A DNA stretch of 46,389 nt. Origin: Candidatus Eiseniibacteriota bacterium (GTDB lineage Bacteria > Orphanbacterota > Orphanbacteria > Orphanbacterales > Orphanbacteraceae). The stretch's first letter is position 1. Every line of letters begins with the position of its first letter. Shown here in pieces: positions 19,189-27,921 of this stretch. The stretch is from the NCBI GenBank assembly GCA_043809585.1, contig JBDROZ010000085.1, forward strand, positions 1 through 46,389, given 5' to 3'. The translations under genes were made by a program, and so were the position numbers. The notes under the pieces are model-generated. The model was not told the DNA's origin. It did not search any database and worked only from the letters and a program-made list of their open reading frames with translations.

Positions 19189-21107
19189 TCTTCTCTCTCC
19201 GGGCGTTTCCCCGCCAGCCTCACGAGCAGCACGATCAAGACCGCCCCGACCAGAAGTCCCGACCCGGCGGGAGCCCCCCGCGCGGCGGGAACGTATCCCG
19301 CGGCAAGGGCGATCGTTGCGGTGGCGAGGGCGTAGGGGATCTGGGTCCGGACATGATCGATATGGTCCGCCGCGGAGCTCACGGAGGAGAGGATCGTGGT
19401 GTCCGAGATGGGGGAGCAGTGGTCGCCGAAGATCGATCCCTCGAGCACCGCCCCGATGGAGAGAACCGTGAGGCCGAAGGGGCCGACCGGAGAGGACTCG
19501 CCGAGGAGATAGGCGAGGACCACTGAGTTGGGGAGGATGATCGCCATGGTCGACCAGGAAGAACCGGTCGAGAAGGATACGAGACAGGAGAGGACGAAGA
19601 GGATCATCGGGTAGAGAAGGGGGGAGAGGGTCTCCCGAAAGAGGGCGACGAGGTAGTGGGCCGTCCCCATGTCGCGGCAGACGCCCCCGATGCACCACGC
19701 GAAGAGGAGGATGACGATCGCGAAGAAGAGGGCCCGGGTCGAACTGAACGCGGCCCGGACGATCTCCCCGGCTCCGAGAATCCGTTGGGCCAAGAGGAGG
19801 GCCGCGGCGAGGAAGAACCCGGACCAGGCGCCGGCGGCGATCGCCCGGGTGGAGTTCGCCCCGGCGATCACCTCCCGGAGCGCCGCGACGGAGAAGAGCC
19901 CCCTGAGGCCGTAGGGGGCTTCGAGGGACCGGTTCCCGGTGATCCAGAGCGCCGCCAGCGTCACGGCCACCACCGCTCCGAGGGGAAGCAGGCCGTTCCA
20001 CCACCGGAAGGGGACCCCTTCCTTCGGCTTCACGCGGGTCATGGCGTCGGAGATCATCGGCCGCGCCCCCGGCCGGATGACGTGCCCCTCCCGGCAGGCC
20101 CGTTTCTCGGCGCGGAGCATGGGGCCGAACTCCCGGCCCAGGAAGATCCCGGTGCCGATGAACACGAGGGTGAAGACCGAGTAGAAGCGATAGGGAAGAG
20201 TGCGGGCGAATACGATGTACGGGTTTTCCGCGATGCCCACTTCGAGGAGCTGGGGGGCGAACTGGCTGACTTCGTAGGCGATCCAGGTGGAGAGGAGGGA
20301 GAGCCCCGCCACGGGGGCGGCCGTCGAATCGACCAGATAGGAGAGCTTCTCTCGGGAGATCCGAAACCGGTCCGTGAGGGGGCGCATGGTGCTCCCGACG
20401 AGGATCGTATTGGCGTAGTCGTCGAAGAAGATCACGAGCCCCATGGCGAAGGTCACGGCCTGGGCGGATCGGCGGGAGCGGACGAAGCGCATCATGAGTT
20501 GGATCATGCCCTGCACGCCCCCTCCGCGGCTCATGATGCCGACGAGCGCGACCAACCCGATCACGAAGCCGATGATCTCGATGCGGAACGAATCGAGGAG
20601 CGCCTCCTGCACGAGGTATGTGCGGAAGAAGACCCAGAGCCCCAGGATCGGGTTGTTGCCGTTCATCAGGGTCGTGCCGAGCCAGACGCCGGAGAAGAGG
20701 GCGAGGATGGTCCGCTGGAAGATGAGGGCGGTCAGGATCGCCACGAAGGGGGGGAGGAGGGCCCGGGCGTCGACGAAGGGGATCTTCGCGGTCCGATCCC
20801 TCCCCTCCCCGTTCCAAGATGCGGAGATCGACCCGTCCCCCCGCCGGATGACGAGCCGGAGCGGCGGGCCGTCGCCCCCCACCTCGAGCCCCGCCGCGGC
20901 GAGAAGGCTCCGGACCCGCGGGGCGCCGGCGCCGTCCCCTCCCACGACTTCCACCACGATCTCCCGGGGGGTTCCGTCGAGCGTGGAAGCCACCTTCTTC
21001 GCGAGGTCGCCGACGGATCGTTCGAAGAGGTATTCCGGATCGGGATCGGGCGCGAAGAGGAGAAGAAGGGCGAAGACCAGGAGTACGGCGACGCGCAGAC
21101 CGGTCAT
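19173..21107 (-). CDS. Na+/H+ antiporter NhaC family protein
   Basis: IFFDDYAN, SREKLSYLVDSTAAP, FSTGSSWSTMAI and FGDHCSPISDTTILSS...DHVRTQIPYA motifs. Confidence 0.93.
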   Translation of the reverse strand: MTGLRVAVLLVFALLLLFAPDPDPEYLFERSVGDLAKKVASTLDGTPREIVVEVVGGDGAGAPRVRSLLAAAGLEVGGDGPPLRLVIRRGDGSISASWNGEGRDRTAKIPFVDARALLPPFVAILTALIFQRTILALFSGVWLGTTLMNGNNPILGLWVFFRTYLVQEALLDSFRIEIIGFVIGLVALVGIMSRGGGVQGMIQLMMRFVRSRRSAQAVTFAMGLVIFFDDYANTILVGSTMRPLTDRFRISREKLSYLVDSTAAPVAGLSLLSTWIAYEVSQFAPQLLEVGIAENPYIVFARTLPYRFYSVFTLVFIGTGIFLGREFGPMLRAEKRACREGHVIRPGARPMISDAMTRVKPKEGVPFRWWNGLLPLGAVVAVTLAALWITGNRSLEAPYGLRGLFSVAALREVIAGANSTRAIAAGAWSGFFLAAALLLAQRILGAGEIVRAAFSSTRALFFAIVILLFAWCIGGVCRDMGTAHYLVALFRETLSPLLYPMILFVLSCLVSFSTGSSWSTMAIILPNSVVLAYLLGESSPVGPFGLTVLSIGAVLEGSIFGDHCSPISDTTILSSVSSAADHIDHVRTQIPYALATATIALAAGYVPAARGAPAGSGLLVGAVLIVLLVRLAGKRPEREDQPST

Positions 21108-21133
21108 GGGAGCCCGATCCCGCGGGTCATCGG

Positions 21134-21586
21134 CTACATCCCTTCCCGGATCTCCCGCTCGATCTCGTCTTCCAGACCTGAGTCGAGGGGGGCCTTCTCC
21201 GTTCGTCCGCTCCCTTTCCCACTCGCCTTCTGCTTCTTCAAGATGCCGCCGACCACGAAGACGCCGACCACGAAGAGGGCCACGGGGGCGATGACGGCGA
21301 GCCGGTTGAAGCCCTCTTCCACCGGCTGGGAGAGGATGCGCTCGCCGTACTTGGCGACGTAGAAGTCCATGATCTCCTGGTCGCTTTTCCCCTCCCGCGC
21401 GAAGGAGAGGATCTCTTCCTTCATCGCGTCCGCCGATCCCGACTGGTGGTCCTTGAGAAGGCCGACGTAGCAGCAGGGGGCCATGAACTGGGAGTAGAGA
21501 TACTCGGCGCGATCTCCCGCCTCGTCCGCAAACGCGGCGGCGGCGACGAGGAGAAAGAGAAGAAGTCCGGCGATTCGGTGGTTCAT
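21134..21586 (-). CDS. ccmH: cytochrome c biogenesis protein CcmH/NrfF-like
   Basis: Signal peptide, FMAPCC, then A.AMKEEI...GKSDQEIMDFYVAKYGERILSQP and a TM helix. Confidence 0.85.
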   Translation of the reverse strand: MNHRIAGLLLFLLVAAAAFADEAGDRAEYLYSQFMAPCCYVGLLKDHQSGSADAMKEEILSFAREGKSDQEIMDFYVAKYGERILSQPVEEGFNRLAVIAPVALFVVGVFVVGGILKKQKASGKGSGRTEKAPLDSGLEDEIEREIREGM

Positions 21587-21690
21587 GGTCGGTTCTCCAG
21601 GGTGCCTGAATTCCGGTCGTCCGACCGGAACGTGTCTCCTTCCTTTAGTATATCCGAACCCTACCCGGCCGCGAACGGGAAATGCCCGCC

Positions 21691-23388
21691 TTACGAACCT
21701 TCCCGTGTGCGGAGCAGGCGGTCCCGGGCGGCGAGAAGGTCGGGCGACCGCGGTTCGATTTTCAATCCTTCCACGACCTGGCGGAGCGCCCCCTCCCGGT
21801 CCCCCCGGCGCTCGAGGACCGAGGCGAGCGCGAGCCGGGCCGCCGCGAACCGGGGATGGTCCCGGACCACCGCCGACAGTTCTTCCTCCGCCTCCTCCCG
21901 CCGGTCCAGGTAGGAATAGCAGAGCCCGAGGTTGTACCGGGCGTTCCGATAGGCCGGCTCCTCGTCCAAGGCCTCGCGGAAGTGAGGGATCGCCTCCTCG
22001 AAGCGGCGGGCTGTGAGGTGGACGACGCCGACATTGTAGTGGCCCTGAGCGAACCGGTCCCGCTCGAGGCCGGTCAGATTCGAGTTCGAGAGGAGGGCGG
22101 CCGCCGCGAAGATGGCGATGGAGACCAAGGTGCGCCGGTCGGCGCCGGTCCGGGGAATGCGGACCCAGCGAGTGAGGGCGACCCCGGCGAACAGGGGGAG
22201 GACGGCGACGACCGGCATCCGGTAGCGGGCGGTGACGAAGAAGAGAACGACCGAGAGTCCGTAGGCGGCGAGAAAGAGGAGGAGGAGCCGGACCCGCCGG
22301 TCCCATCGGACGAGGATGATGCCCGCCGCGGCGAGGGGGAAGAGGACGCCGAAGCCGAGGTTCATCAGCCGGTCGAGGACCTTCGAGTACCGCCGGAAGA
22401 AGTAGATGCCCTGGTTGTTGCTCACCTCGAAATCGTTCACGAGGAGGTACGCCTTCTTCGCCATGAGCCGGGCCGCGGCGCCCGGGTCGTCCCTGAAGAA
22501 CCGGAGGGTCCGCCGGAACCAGTACGACGAGACCTCGCTCCGCCGGAGGGGCCGTCCCGCCTTCTCCTCGGCGATCCGGATCATGTCGCCGTAGCCTCCC
22601 CACCAGGTGCCCTCCGTGCCCGGCGCGATTGCCGTCATTCCGTCCGACTCCGGGTTGTTCCCGATCCAGAGATTCGTGCCCCCCTGCCAGCTGACGAGGA
22701 CCGGATCCCCGGCGCCGGCGTTGTGGAGGAAGACCGGGGCGATCGGCAGGAGCGCGCCGGCGATGTACGGAATCAGCCACCGGGCCGCGTTTCGCCGTCC
22801 CTCTCGATCGATCAGGAAGAGGAGGGGCGCGAGGGCCCCGAAGAGGAGGATGTTCGGCCGCGCCACGGCGGCGAGGCCGAGAAGGAGACCGGCCGCCAAT
22901 CCCGTTCCCCGGCCGGGACGAACCGCGAGCCGGAGGAGCGCCCCGAGGTGGAGAAGGACGAGGGGAAGGAGGATGGGAACGATGAGCAGGCCGGCATCGA
23001 AATAGTAGGCGAGCCCGTAGAAGAGAAGAAGAAAGGCCCCGGCGGCGGCGGCGGTGCGGCCGACCGCCCCCCGCCCGAGGCCGTAGAGGATCACCGGGAG
23101 CGTCGCGCCGATGAGGAGCTGCACGATCCGCGGGAAAAGAAGCCCCCCCTTCCCGATGCGAAGGAGAAGGGAGAGGAAATAGGGGTAGAGGGGGGCGCGG
23201 AAGAACGGTTCGTCCGGAAACCACGGTTCCCCGCGGGCGAGCTGGGAGGCCCAGCGGTAGTGGACCGCCTCATCGAGCAAGGGGCTCTCGAAGAACGGGT
23301 TGTCTCGGATCTCCGCCAGGTACGCGAGGCGGATCGCGATTCCCGCCAGAAGGAGGAGGAGAATCAGGATCCTTTCCTTCCGGCTCAC
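21691..23388 (-). CDS. ArnT/PMT_2-like GT-C membrane protein with C-terminal TPRs
   Basis: PLLDEAVH...FFRAPLYPYFL, RPN, GGTNLWIGNN and ARYRMP motifs; TPRs. Paralog of 11257..13119. Confidence 0.85.
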   Translation of the reverse strand: MSRKERILILLLLLAGIAIRLAYLAEIRDNPFFESPLLDEAVHYRWASQLARGEPWFPDEPFFRAPLYPYFLSLLLRIGKGGLLFPRIVQLLIGATLPVILYGLGRGAVGRTAAAAGAFLLLFYGLAYYFDAGLLIVPILLPLVLLHLGALLRLAVRPGRGTGLAAGLLLGLAAVARPNILLFGALAPLLFLIDREGRRNAARWLIPYIAGALLPIAPVFLHNAGAGDPVLVSWQGGTNLWIGNNPESDGMTAIAPGTEGTWWGGYGDMIRIAEEKAGRPLRRSEVSSYWFRRTLRFFRDDPGAAARLMAKKAYLLVNDFEVSNNQGIYFFRRYSKVLDRLMNLGFGVLFPLAAAGIILVRWDRRVRLLLLFLAAYGLSVVLFFVTARYRMPVVAVLPLFAGVALTRWVRIPRTGADRRTLVSIAIFAAAALLSNSNLTGLERDRFAQGHYNVGVVHLTARRFEEAIPHFREALDEEPAYRNARYNLGLCYSYLDRREEAEEELSAVVRDHPRFAAARLALASVLERRGDREGALRQVVEGLKIEPRSPDLLAARDRLLRTREGS

Positions 23389-23422
23389 GGCGGGGCGTCT
23401 CCTCTCGATGGTCGGACCATGT

Positions 23423-24280
23423 TCAGGATACGCCTTCCCGCACCTTCCTTTCCACGGCCTCGAGGATCTCCAGGGCCCGCTTCGCCTGCATCTCGAGGAG
23501 GAGGGTTTCCGGGGAGCGTGTCGCCCGCCCGAGTTCGCGGGACGAGGAGGAGAGGGCGCGGAGGTAGTCCCGGAGCGCGTCGATGTCGGAAAGCGCTTCC
23601 GTGGAATGGGCCCGGTCCCGGACGGGAACCGGCTTTGCCGGGGGAGGGGACGCCGGCGTGCCGGCGGTCATCGCGACGATCAGGCGGCGCGCTCCCCCCC
23701 CCGGCTCCCGCCACTGGTGGATGTCCACGTCGACCCGGACAGGGGAGCCCGGCCGGGGGGAAAGGGCGCGGAGGGAGGCCTGCTCCCCCTCTCGTATGCA
23801 CCGCTCGAGAACGCGAAGAAGGGGTTCCCCGCCCCCCGCGGCGGAGTCGGTGCTCCCCGCCATCGGCTCGCTCCGGAAGGAGCGGCCGACCAGCCGCTCT
23901 TTTCCCTCGATCGAAAGGAAGCGGAGTCCGGAGCGGTTCACCGATCGCACGCGCAGGGATGGATCTAGAACGAGGAGTCCCACGCCGGCCCGGTCCATCA
24001 CGTCGTCCACATACCAATGAAGGAAACGGAGGTCTTCGCGGAGCCGCGCCAGTTGTCGCCTCGTCTCGGGGGCGACCCGGCCGGGGTAGACCCGGCGGGC
24101 GACCAGGAGATTGACCAACGTCAGGGCGGCGAAAAAGGCCGCGGCGATGCTCGCGATCCGGGACGGCCCCGGGTCGAAGTAACGAATGGCGAGGAAGAAA
24201 ACCGCCACCGAGAGGGCGTACTCGGCGATCACGACGAGTACGATTCGGCTCATGGGACCGGCGACGCGCTCCCAGCCCAT
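23423..24280 (-). CDS. two-TM membrane protein with a PAS-like domain
   Basis: Two TM helices, a coiled coil, then VMDRAGVGLLVLDPSLRVRSVN (PAS-like start); GGAGGTG RBS before ATG 24280. Confidence 0.65.
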   Translation of the reverse strand: MGWERVAGPMSRIVLVVIAEYALSVAVFFLAIRYFDPGPSRIASIAAAFFAALTLVNLLVARRVYPGRVAPETRRQLARLREDLRFLHWYVDDVMDRAGVGLLVLDPSLRVRSVNRSGLRFLSIEGKERLVGRSFRSEPMAGSTDSAAGGGEPLLRVLERCIREGEQASLRALSPRPGSPVRVDVDIHQWREPGGGARRLIVAMTAGTPASPPPAKPVPVRDRAHSTEALSDIDALRDYLRALSSSSRELGRATRSPETLLLEMQAKRALEILEAVERKVREGVS

Positions 24281-24428
24281 GGACAAAACACCTCCCCACG
24301 GGGATCCGCCGCTCCCCGCTCGGGCAAGAGGGGAACCGGGCGCCCGAAGTCCCGGCGCGGCGTTCCGTAATCATCGCACCCTATCGAGAAGACGCGGCCG
24401 GACCGGGCGGGGACGGTCGAACGCCACC

Positions 24429-24487
24429 ATTGTAGCACAGGCGTCCGCGGGATTCCCCTTGCGCCCTCGGAGCCCGGCCCCTACAAT
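24429..24487. promoter_or_regulatory. divergent sigma70-type promoters
   Basis: Plus strand TTGCGC(24459)-N17-TACAAT(24482); minus strand extended -10 TGcTACAAT (24437-24429). Confidence 0.45.
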
Positions 24488-24540
24488 CCGGCCGATCCAA
24501 AACCCTGGCATCGACGTTCCATTCTCGGTGAGGGAGAATC

Positions 24541-25044
24541 ATGCGAATTCGAATCGTCTCAGTACTCGCTTTGGCGGCGCTCTTCCTGCTCCCGGCCGCC
24601 GGGGAATCGGCCGGGAGCGGCGGCCGGATCGGCGTCGGATACTCGCAGTACCCGTTCGCGGGGGATATGGCCACGCTTCGGTACGACTCGTACAGCTTCA
24701 TGATCGAGGGGGGCTTCGGGCTCTTCGATCGGGGGGACAGCCAGTTCATCCTCGGCTCGAAGATGGCGGTGAAGCCCTGGGAATACCAGGGGATCCCGGT
24801 GGAGATCGGCGGGGATTTCGCGCTGGTGACCGACGGCACAACAGAATCGGTGACGAATGGGACAATAACATCGGTGAAATCCACCACGTTGATCGACCTC
24901 GGATTCTTCGTTGGCCTATCCACGCTCGTGACCGATCAGGTGAGTGTGGGGGTGCAAATCTATCCGTTCGCCCTCGGTCTCGGTGGAGACACGACGGCGC
25001 TGAACATCGCGGACGCGACGATCAACATTCACTTCATGTTCTAG
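24541..25044 (+). CDS. small outer-membrane beta-barrel-like protein
   Basis: Signal peptide, alternating amphipathic beta strands, C-terminal INIHFMF (terminal Phe). Confidence 0.7.
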   Translation: MRIRIVSVLALAALFLLPAAGESAGSGGRIGVGYSQYPFAGDMATLRYDSYSFMIEGGFGLFDRGDSQFILGSKMAVKPWEYQGIPVEIGGDFALVTDGTTESVTNGTITSVKSTTLIDLGFFVGLSTLVTDQVSVGVQIYPFALGLGGDTTALNIADATINIHFMF

Positions 25045-25069
25045 AACGAATGGGCGGACGGGCCCTTCG

Positions 25070-25097
25070 CGCCCTCCGGCGGCCCCGCCGGAGGGCG
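25070..25097. terminator. hairpin between convergent genes
   Basis: CGCCCTCCGGCGG-CC-CCGCCGGAGGGCG followed by TTT. Confidence 0.7.
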
Positions 25098-25099
25098 TT

Positions 25100-25390
25100 T
25101 CACATCAGCAACCCGACCAACCCGATCAAGCCGGCCAGGCAGGCGAGAACGACCGCGATCCCGACGACCAAGAGCAGGGGGAGGGCGAGGCCGATCCCGA
25201 CCGCCGCCCCGACGCCGCCGAGGAGGAGCACGGGCAGCGCGAGGAGAGCGAAGGGGAGGGCGAGAAGCGCGAGGAGAATCCCCCCGACGATCTGGAAGGG
25301 GATCAGCAGCAGGTGGAGCACAACGACGCCGATCTTGAAGAGGAGGGCGAGAAACGCCACCCCCAGAACGAGAACGAAGAGCTCGAGCAT
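25100..25390 (-). CDS. small hydrophobic membrane protein
   Basis: 96 aa, almost entirely hydrophobic; GGGAGG RBS upstream. Confidence 0.7.
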   Translation of the reverse strand: MLELFVLVLGVAFLALLFKIGVVVLHLLLIPFQIVGGILLALLALPFALLALPVLLLGGVGAAVGIGLALPLLLVVGIAVVLACLAGLIGLVGLLM

Positions 25391-25536
25391 GATTTCTTTC
25401 CTCCCTCGGATTCCGTCGTTCGTGATTGGAGTACGGCCGGGGAGGGACTTTTGTTCAGTGGGCGTCGAAATCGCGGGCGGGCGGGCCGGGCCGGGCCGGC
25501 GAACCCAGGCGTAACAATCGGAAAATCAGTCGATTA

Positions 25537-25725
25537 GCCTTGATCTTTCACAAGATCTCGGCGGAGAACGCTATTCCTCGCGTGCCGGCACGCCATCCGG
25601 AACCGTACTCGCCCTCACGATGGCTCACGTATTGTGAAATGCGCTCCCCATGGTTCGGGCTGCGTGCGGCCCCGGCTGACGCACTCTCACGCGTTGGATC
25701 TCGAGATTTTGTGAAAGATCAAGGC
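25537..25725. mobile_element. MITE-like non-autonomous element (189 bp)
   Basis: 24-bp terminal inverted repeats GCCTTGATCTTTCACAA(G/A)ATCTCG with one mismatch, flanked by TA on both sides; no ORF. Confidence 0.8.
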
Positions 25726-26420
25726 TAGATCTCGGTCTCGTTCGCCCTCCGGGCGTAGGGGATCGGATCTTCGGCGTTGTTCGCCCGGAAGGCGGCCAGC
25801 CGGAGTCGGCAGGAATCGCAAACGCCGCACCCCTCCTCCTCCCCCCGATAGCATGACCAGGAGAGCTCGAAGGGGACGCCCAGTTCCAGGCCGAGGCGGA
25901 CGATCTCCGCCTTGGAACGGCGAATGAGGGGCGTGACGATGCGGATCCCTTCCCCCCGGGCGGCCCCCCGCCGGACCGCCTCGCCGAAGGCTTCGAAAAA
26001 CGACTCCCGGCAATCGGGGTACCCCGACGAGTCCTCCTCCACGGCGCCGATGTAGACGGCGGTCGCGTCGATCACCTCGGCCCAAGAGACGGCGATGGAG
26101 AGCAGGCCTCCGTTCCGGAAGGGAACGTACGACGTGGGGATCTCCCGTCTGTCGATCCCGTGCTCCCGGAGAGGGATCGAGGCGTCGGTGAGGGCCGAGC
26201 CGCCGATCGCTCCGAGGACGGGGAAGGCGCATTCGAGCTGTCGCTCCACTTCGAAGTGGTCGGCGATCGCTCGGAAGGCGGCGCGCTCCCGCCTCTCGGT
26301 CCGCTGGCCGTACGAGACATGGAGAAAGGACGGATCGCCGTCCCGGGCGGCGATCGCCGCCGTCACCAGGCTGTCCATGCCGCCGCTGACGAGAACCACC
26401 GACCGTTCCCTGTTCGTCAT
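25725..26420 (-). CDS. queC: 7-cyano-7-deazaguanine synthase
   Basis: LVSGGMDS, SYGQR, SYVPFRN, YPDC and SWSCY...CGVCDSCRLR motifs. Confidence 0.97.
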   Translation of the reverse strand: MTNRERSVVLVSGGMDSLVTAAIAARDGDPSFLHVSYGQRTERRERAAFRAIADHFEVERQLECAFPVLGAIGGSALTDASIPLREHGIDRREIPTSYVPFRNGGLLSIAVSWAEVIDATAVYIGAVEEDSSGYPDCRESFFEAFGEAVRRGAARGEGIRIVTPLIRRSKAEIVRLGLELGVPFELSWSCYRGEEEGCGVCDSCRLRLAAFRANNAEDPIPYARRANETEI

Positions 26421-26422
26421 GG

Positions 26423-27058
26423 TCACACCCCCCGGGTCTTCTCGGGCCAGAGGAGACGGTGGAGTTGGATCTGCAGGCGGGCGGGGAGCCGGTCTTCGAG
26501 AATCCACTCGCCGAGGTCCCTCGGGGTGGTCCGCCCGTGGGCGGCGGAGAAGAGGACGGCCCCCTTCCATCCGGCGAGTCGGTTCTCGACCACCCGCTTC
26601 GCCCACAGGTAGTCTTCCCGGTCCGTCACCACGAACTTGACCTCGTCCTCGTCGCGGAGAAGCTCCAGGTTTCTCCAATACATGTCCCCGTCGTGACCGC
26701 TCCCGGGGCATTTGCAGTCGAGGATCTTGATGACCCGGGGATCGACGCCCTCGACCGAAACGTGTCCACCCGTCTCGACCACGACCTCGAAGGCCGCTCC
26801 GAGGAGGAGGTCGATCAGCGCGGGGAGTTCGGGCTGCTCGAGCGGTTCGCCGCCCGTCAGAAGGACGAGGGGAATGCCGAAGGAGCGGACCGTCTCCGCC
26901 ACCCGCTCGGGCGTCATCTCCTCGCCGCCGCGGAAAGCGTAGGCCGTATCGCAGTAGCGGCAGCGGAGCCTGCAGCCGGTGAAGCGGACGAGCACTGAGG
27001 GGCGGCCGCTCCGGGTGCCCTCCCCCTGGAGGCTCGCGTAGATCTCCGTCACTCTCAT
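26423..27058 (-). CDS. queE: 7-carboxy-7-deazaguanine synthase (radical SAM)
   Basis: EIYASLQGEG, RFTGCRLRCRYCDT, TGGEPL, ETGG and QLH motifs. Confidence 0.96.
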   Translation of the reverse strand: MRVTEIYASLQGEGTRSGRPSVLVRFTGCRLRCRYCDTAYAFRGGEEMTPERVAETVRSFGIPLVLLTGGEPLEQPELPALIDLLLGAAFEVVVETGGHVSVEGVDPRVIKILDCKCPGSGHDGDMYWRNLELLRDEDEVKFVVTDREDYLWAKRVVENRLAGWKGAVLFSAAHGRTTPRDLGEWILEDRLPARLQIQLHRLLWPEKTRGV

Positions 27059-27279
27059 CGTCGGCGCCCCGCCCCCTTTCCGTGAAAACGGGCACGGCGC
27101 AGGCCGTGCCCCCGAGGCTCTCGGACTTCAATGTACCACGCCCGGCGATGGATGGGAAGCCGATCGGGGAGGCTCGGTCCTTTTTCCATTCTCCTATTTA
27201 TTGGCGCGAGAAAGAGCCGCCCTGCTTCCGGATACGACCCGGCGGTGGGCCGGAAGTTCCGTCCCCCGCGGTTCTTCGC

Positions 27280-27308
27280 TTGACCTTTCCCCCTTAAAAT
27301 GTTATGGT
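27280..27308 (+). promoter_or_regulatory. sigma70-type promoter with extended -10, firing into a non-coding region
   Basis: TTGACC-N17-TATGGT with TGn upstream of the -10. Confidence 0.65.
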
Positions 27309-27311
27309 CAG

Positions 27312-27690
27312 TTCACCTTTGAGAAGAAGGTGCCTTTCGACGATTTGGTGAAGCAGAGAACGAAGTGGACACGAGATCGGCCCAAGGGGAGGATCCTACG
27401 ATCCTCCCCTTGAGCGCATGGGGGGGTGTCTAACCGTAAGCCTCCGAGCGAACACGAGGCAGGCCATCCGGCGTTCTTCGCGCCGCCCCGTGGGGCCGAA
27501 GCGCGGGTAGACAGCCCTTCCGTCATTTCCGTTCGAGTCGGGCCACTTTCTCGCCCCACGAGCCGGGTTCGCCGCAGAAGCGGTGAAGGCTCGATCGGAA
27601 ATGAAGAAGCCCCCCGCTTGTGGCTCGTGTCATTCCCAGCCCGGAAACAGGCGCCAAGTCCCTTCCGCGTCTATGTATAGGGACCCACGA
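27312..27690 (+). ncRNA. candidate large structured non-coding RNA (family not recognised)
   Basis: Nested helices 27368-75/27624-31, 27383-95/27400-12, 27427-36/27504-13, 27523-39/27588-604 and 27568-75/27580-87. G-U pairs favour the + strand; promoter directly upstream; no credible ORF. Confidence 0.6.
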
Positions 27691-27813
27691 TCACGAGTGA
27701 AGCAGGGGGCTCCATATTGCTCAGCCATTATCTCATTCCCGCTGGTAAGAATCAAGCCATTTATCCGGTAAACTGCAGATATTTTGACAAATCTCCAGCC
27801 GGGGCCGGTCGCC

Positions 27814-27843
27814 TTGACAGGGGCCGGAAAGCGGTGATAGCCT
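27814..27843 (+). promoter_or_regulatory. sigma70-type promoter of etfBA
   Basis: TTGACA-N18-TAGCCT with TGn extension, about 80 bp before the etfB ATG. Confidence 0.6.
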
Positions 27844-27921
27844 CTCCCGGAAAGAGTTGGCATTTCGACCCATCCGGACACCATCCCGGTCCGGAGCGAA
27901 TCCCCGGAGGCTGGAGGAATC

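Noticed and set aside
25725-27058. queE-queC as part of a 7-deazaguanine DNA-modification (dpd) defence island
   Set aside because: No dpdA/tgt-like, helicase or nuclease genes nearby; the context fits housekeeping queuosine synthesis.
27059-27280. preQ1 riboswitch upstream of queE-queC
   Set aside because: No preQ1-I stem-loop with an A-rich tail could be identified by eye; an Rfam scan would be needed to exclude it.
27540-27575. RNase P RNA on the minus strand (GAACCCGGCT and GAGAAAGT resemble P4 strands)
   Set aside because: The motifs are adjacent and in the wrong order, other conserved RNase P regions are absent, and G-U pairs favour the + strand.
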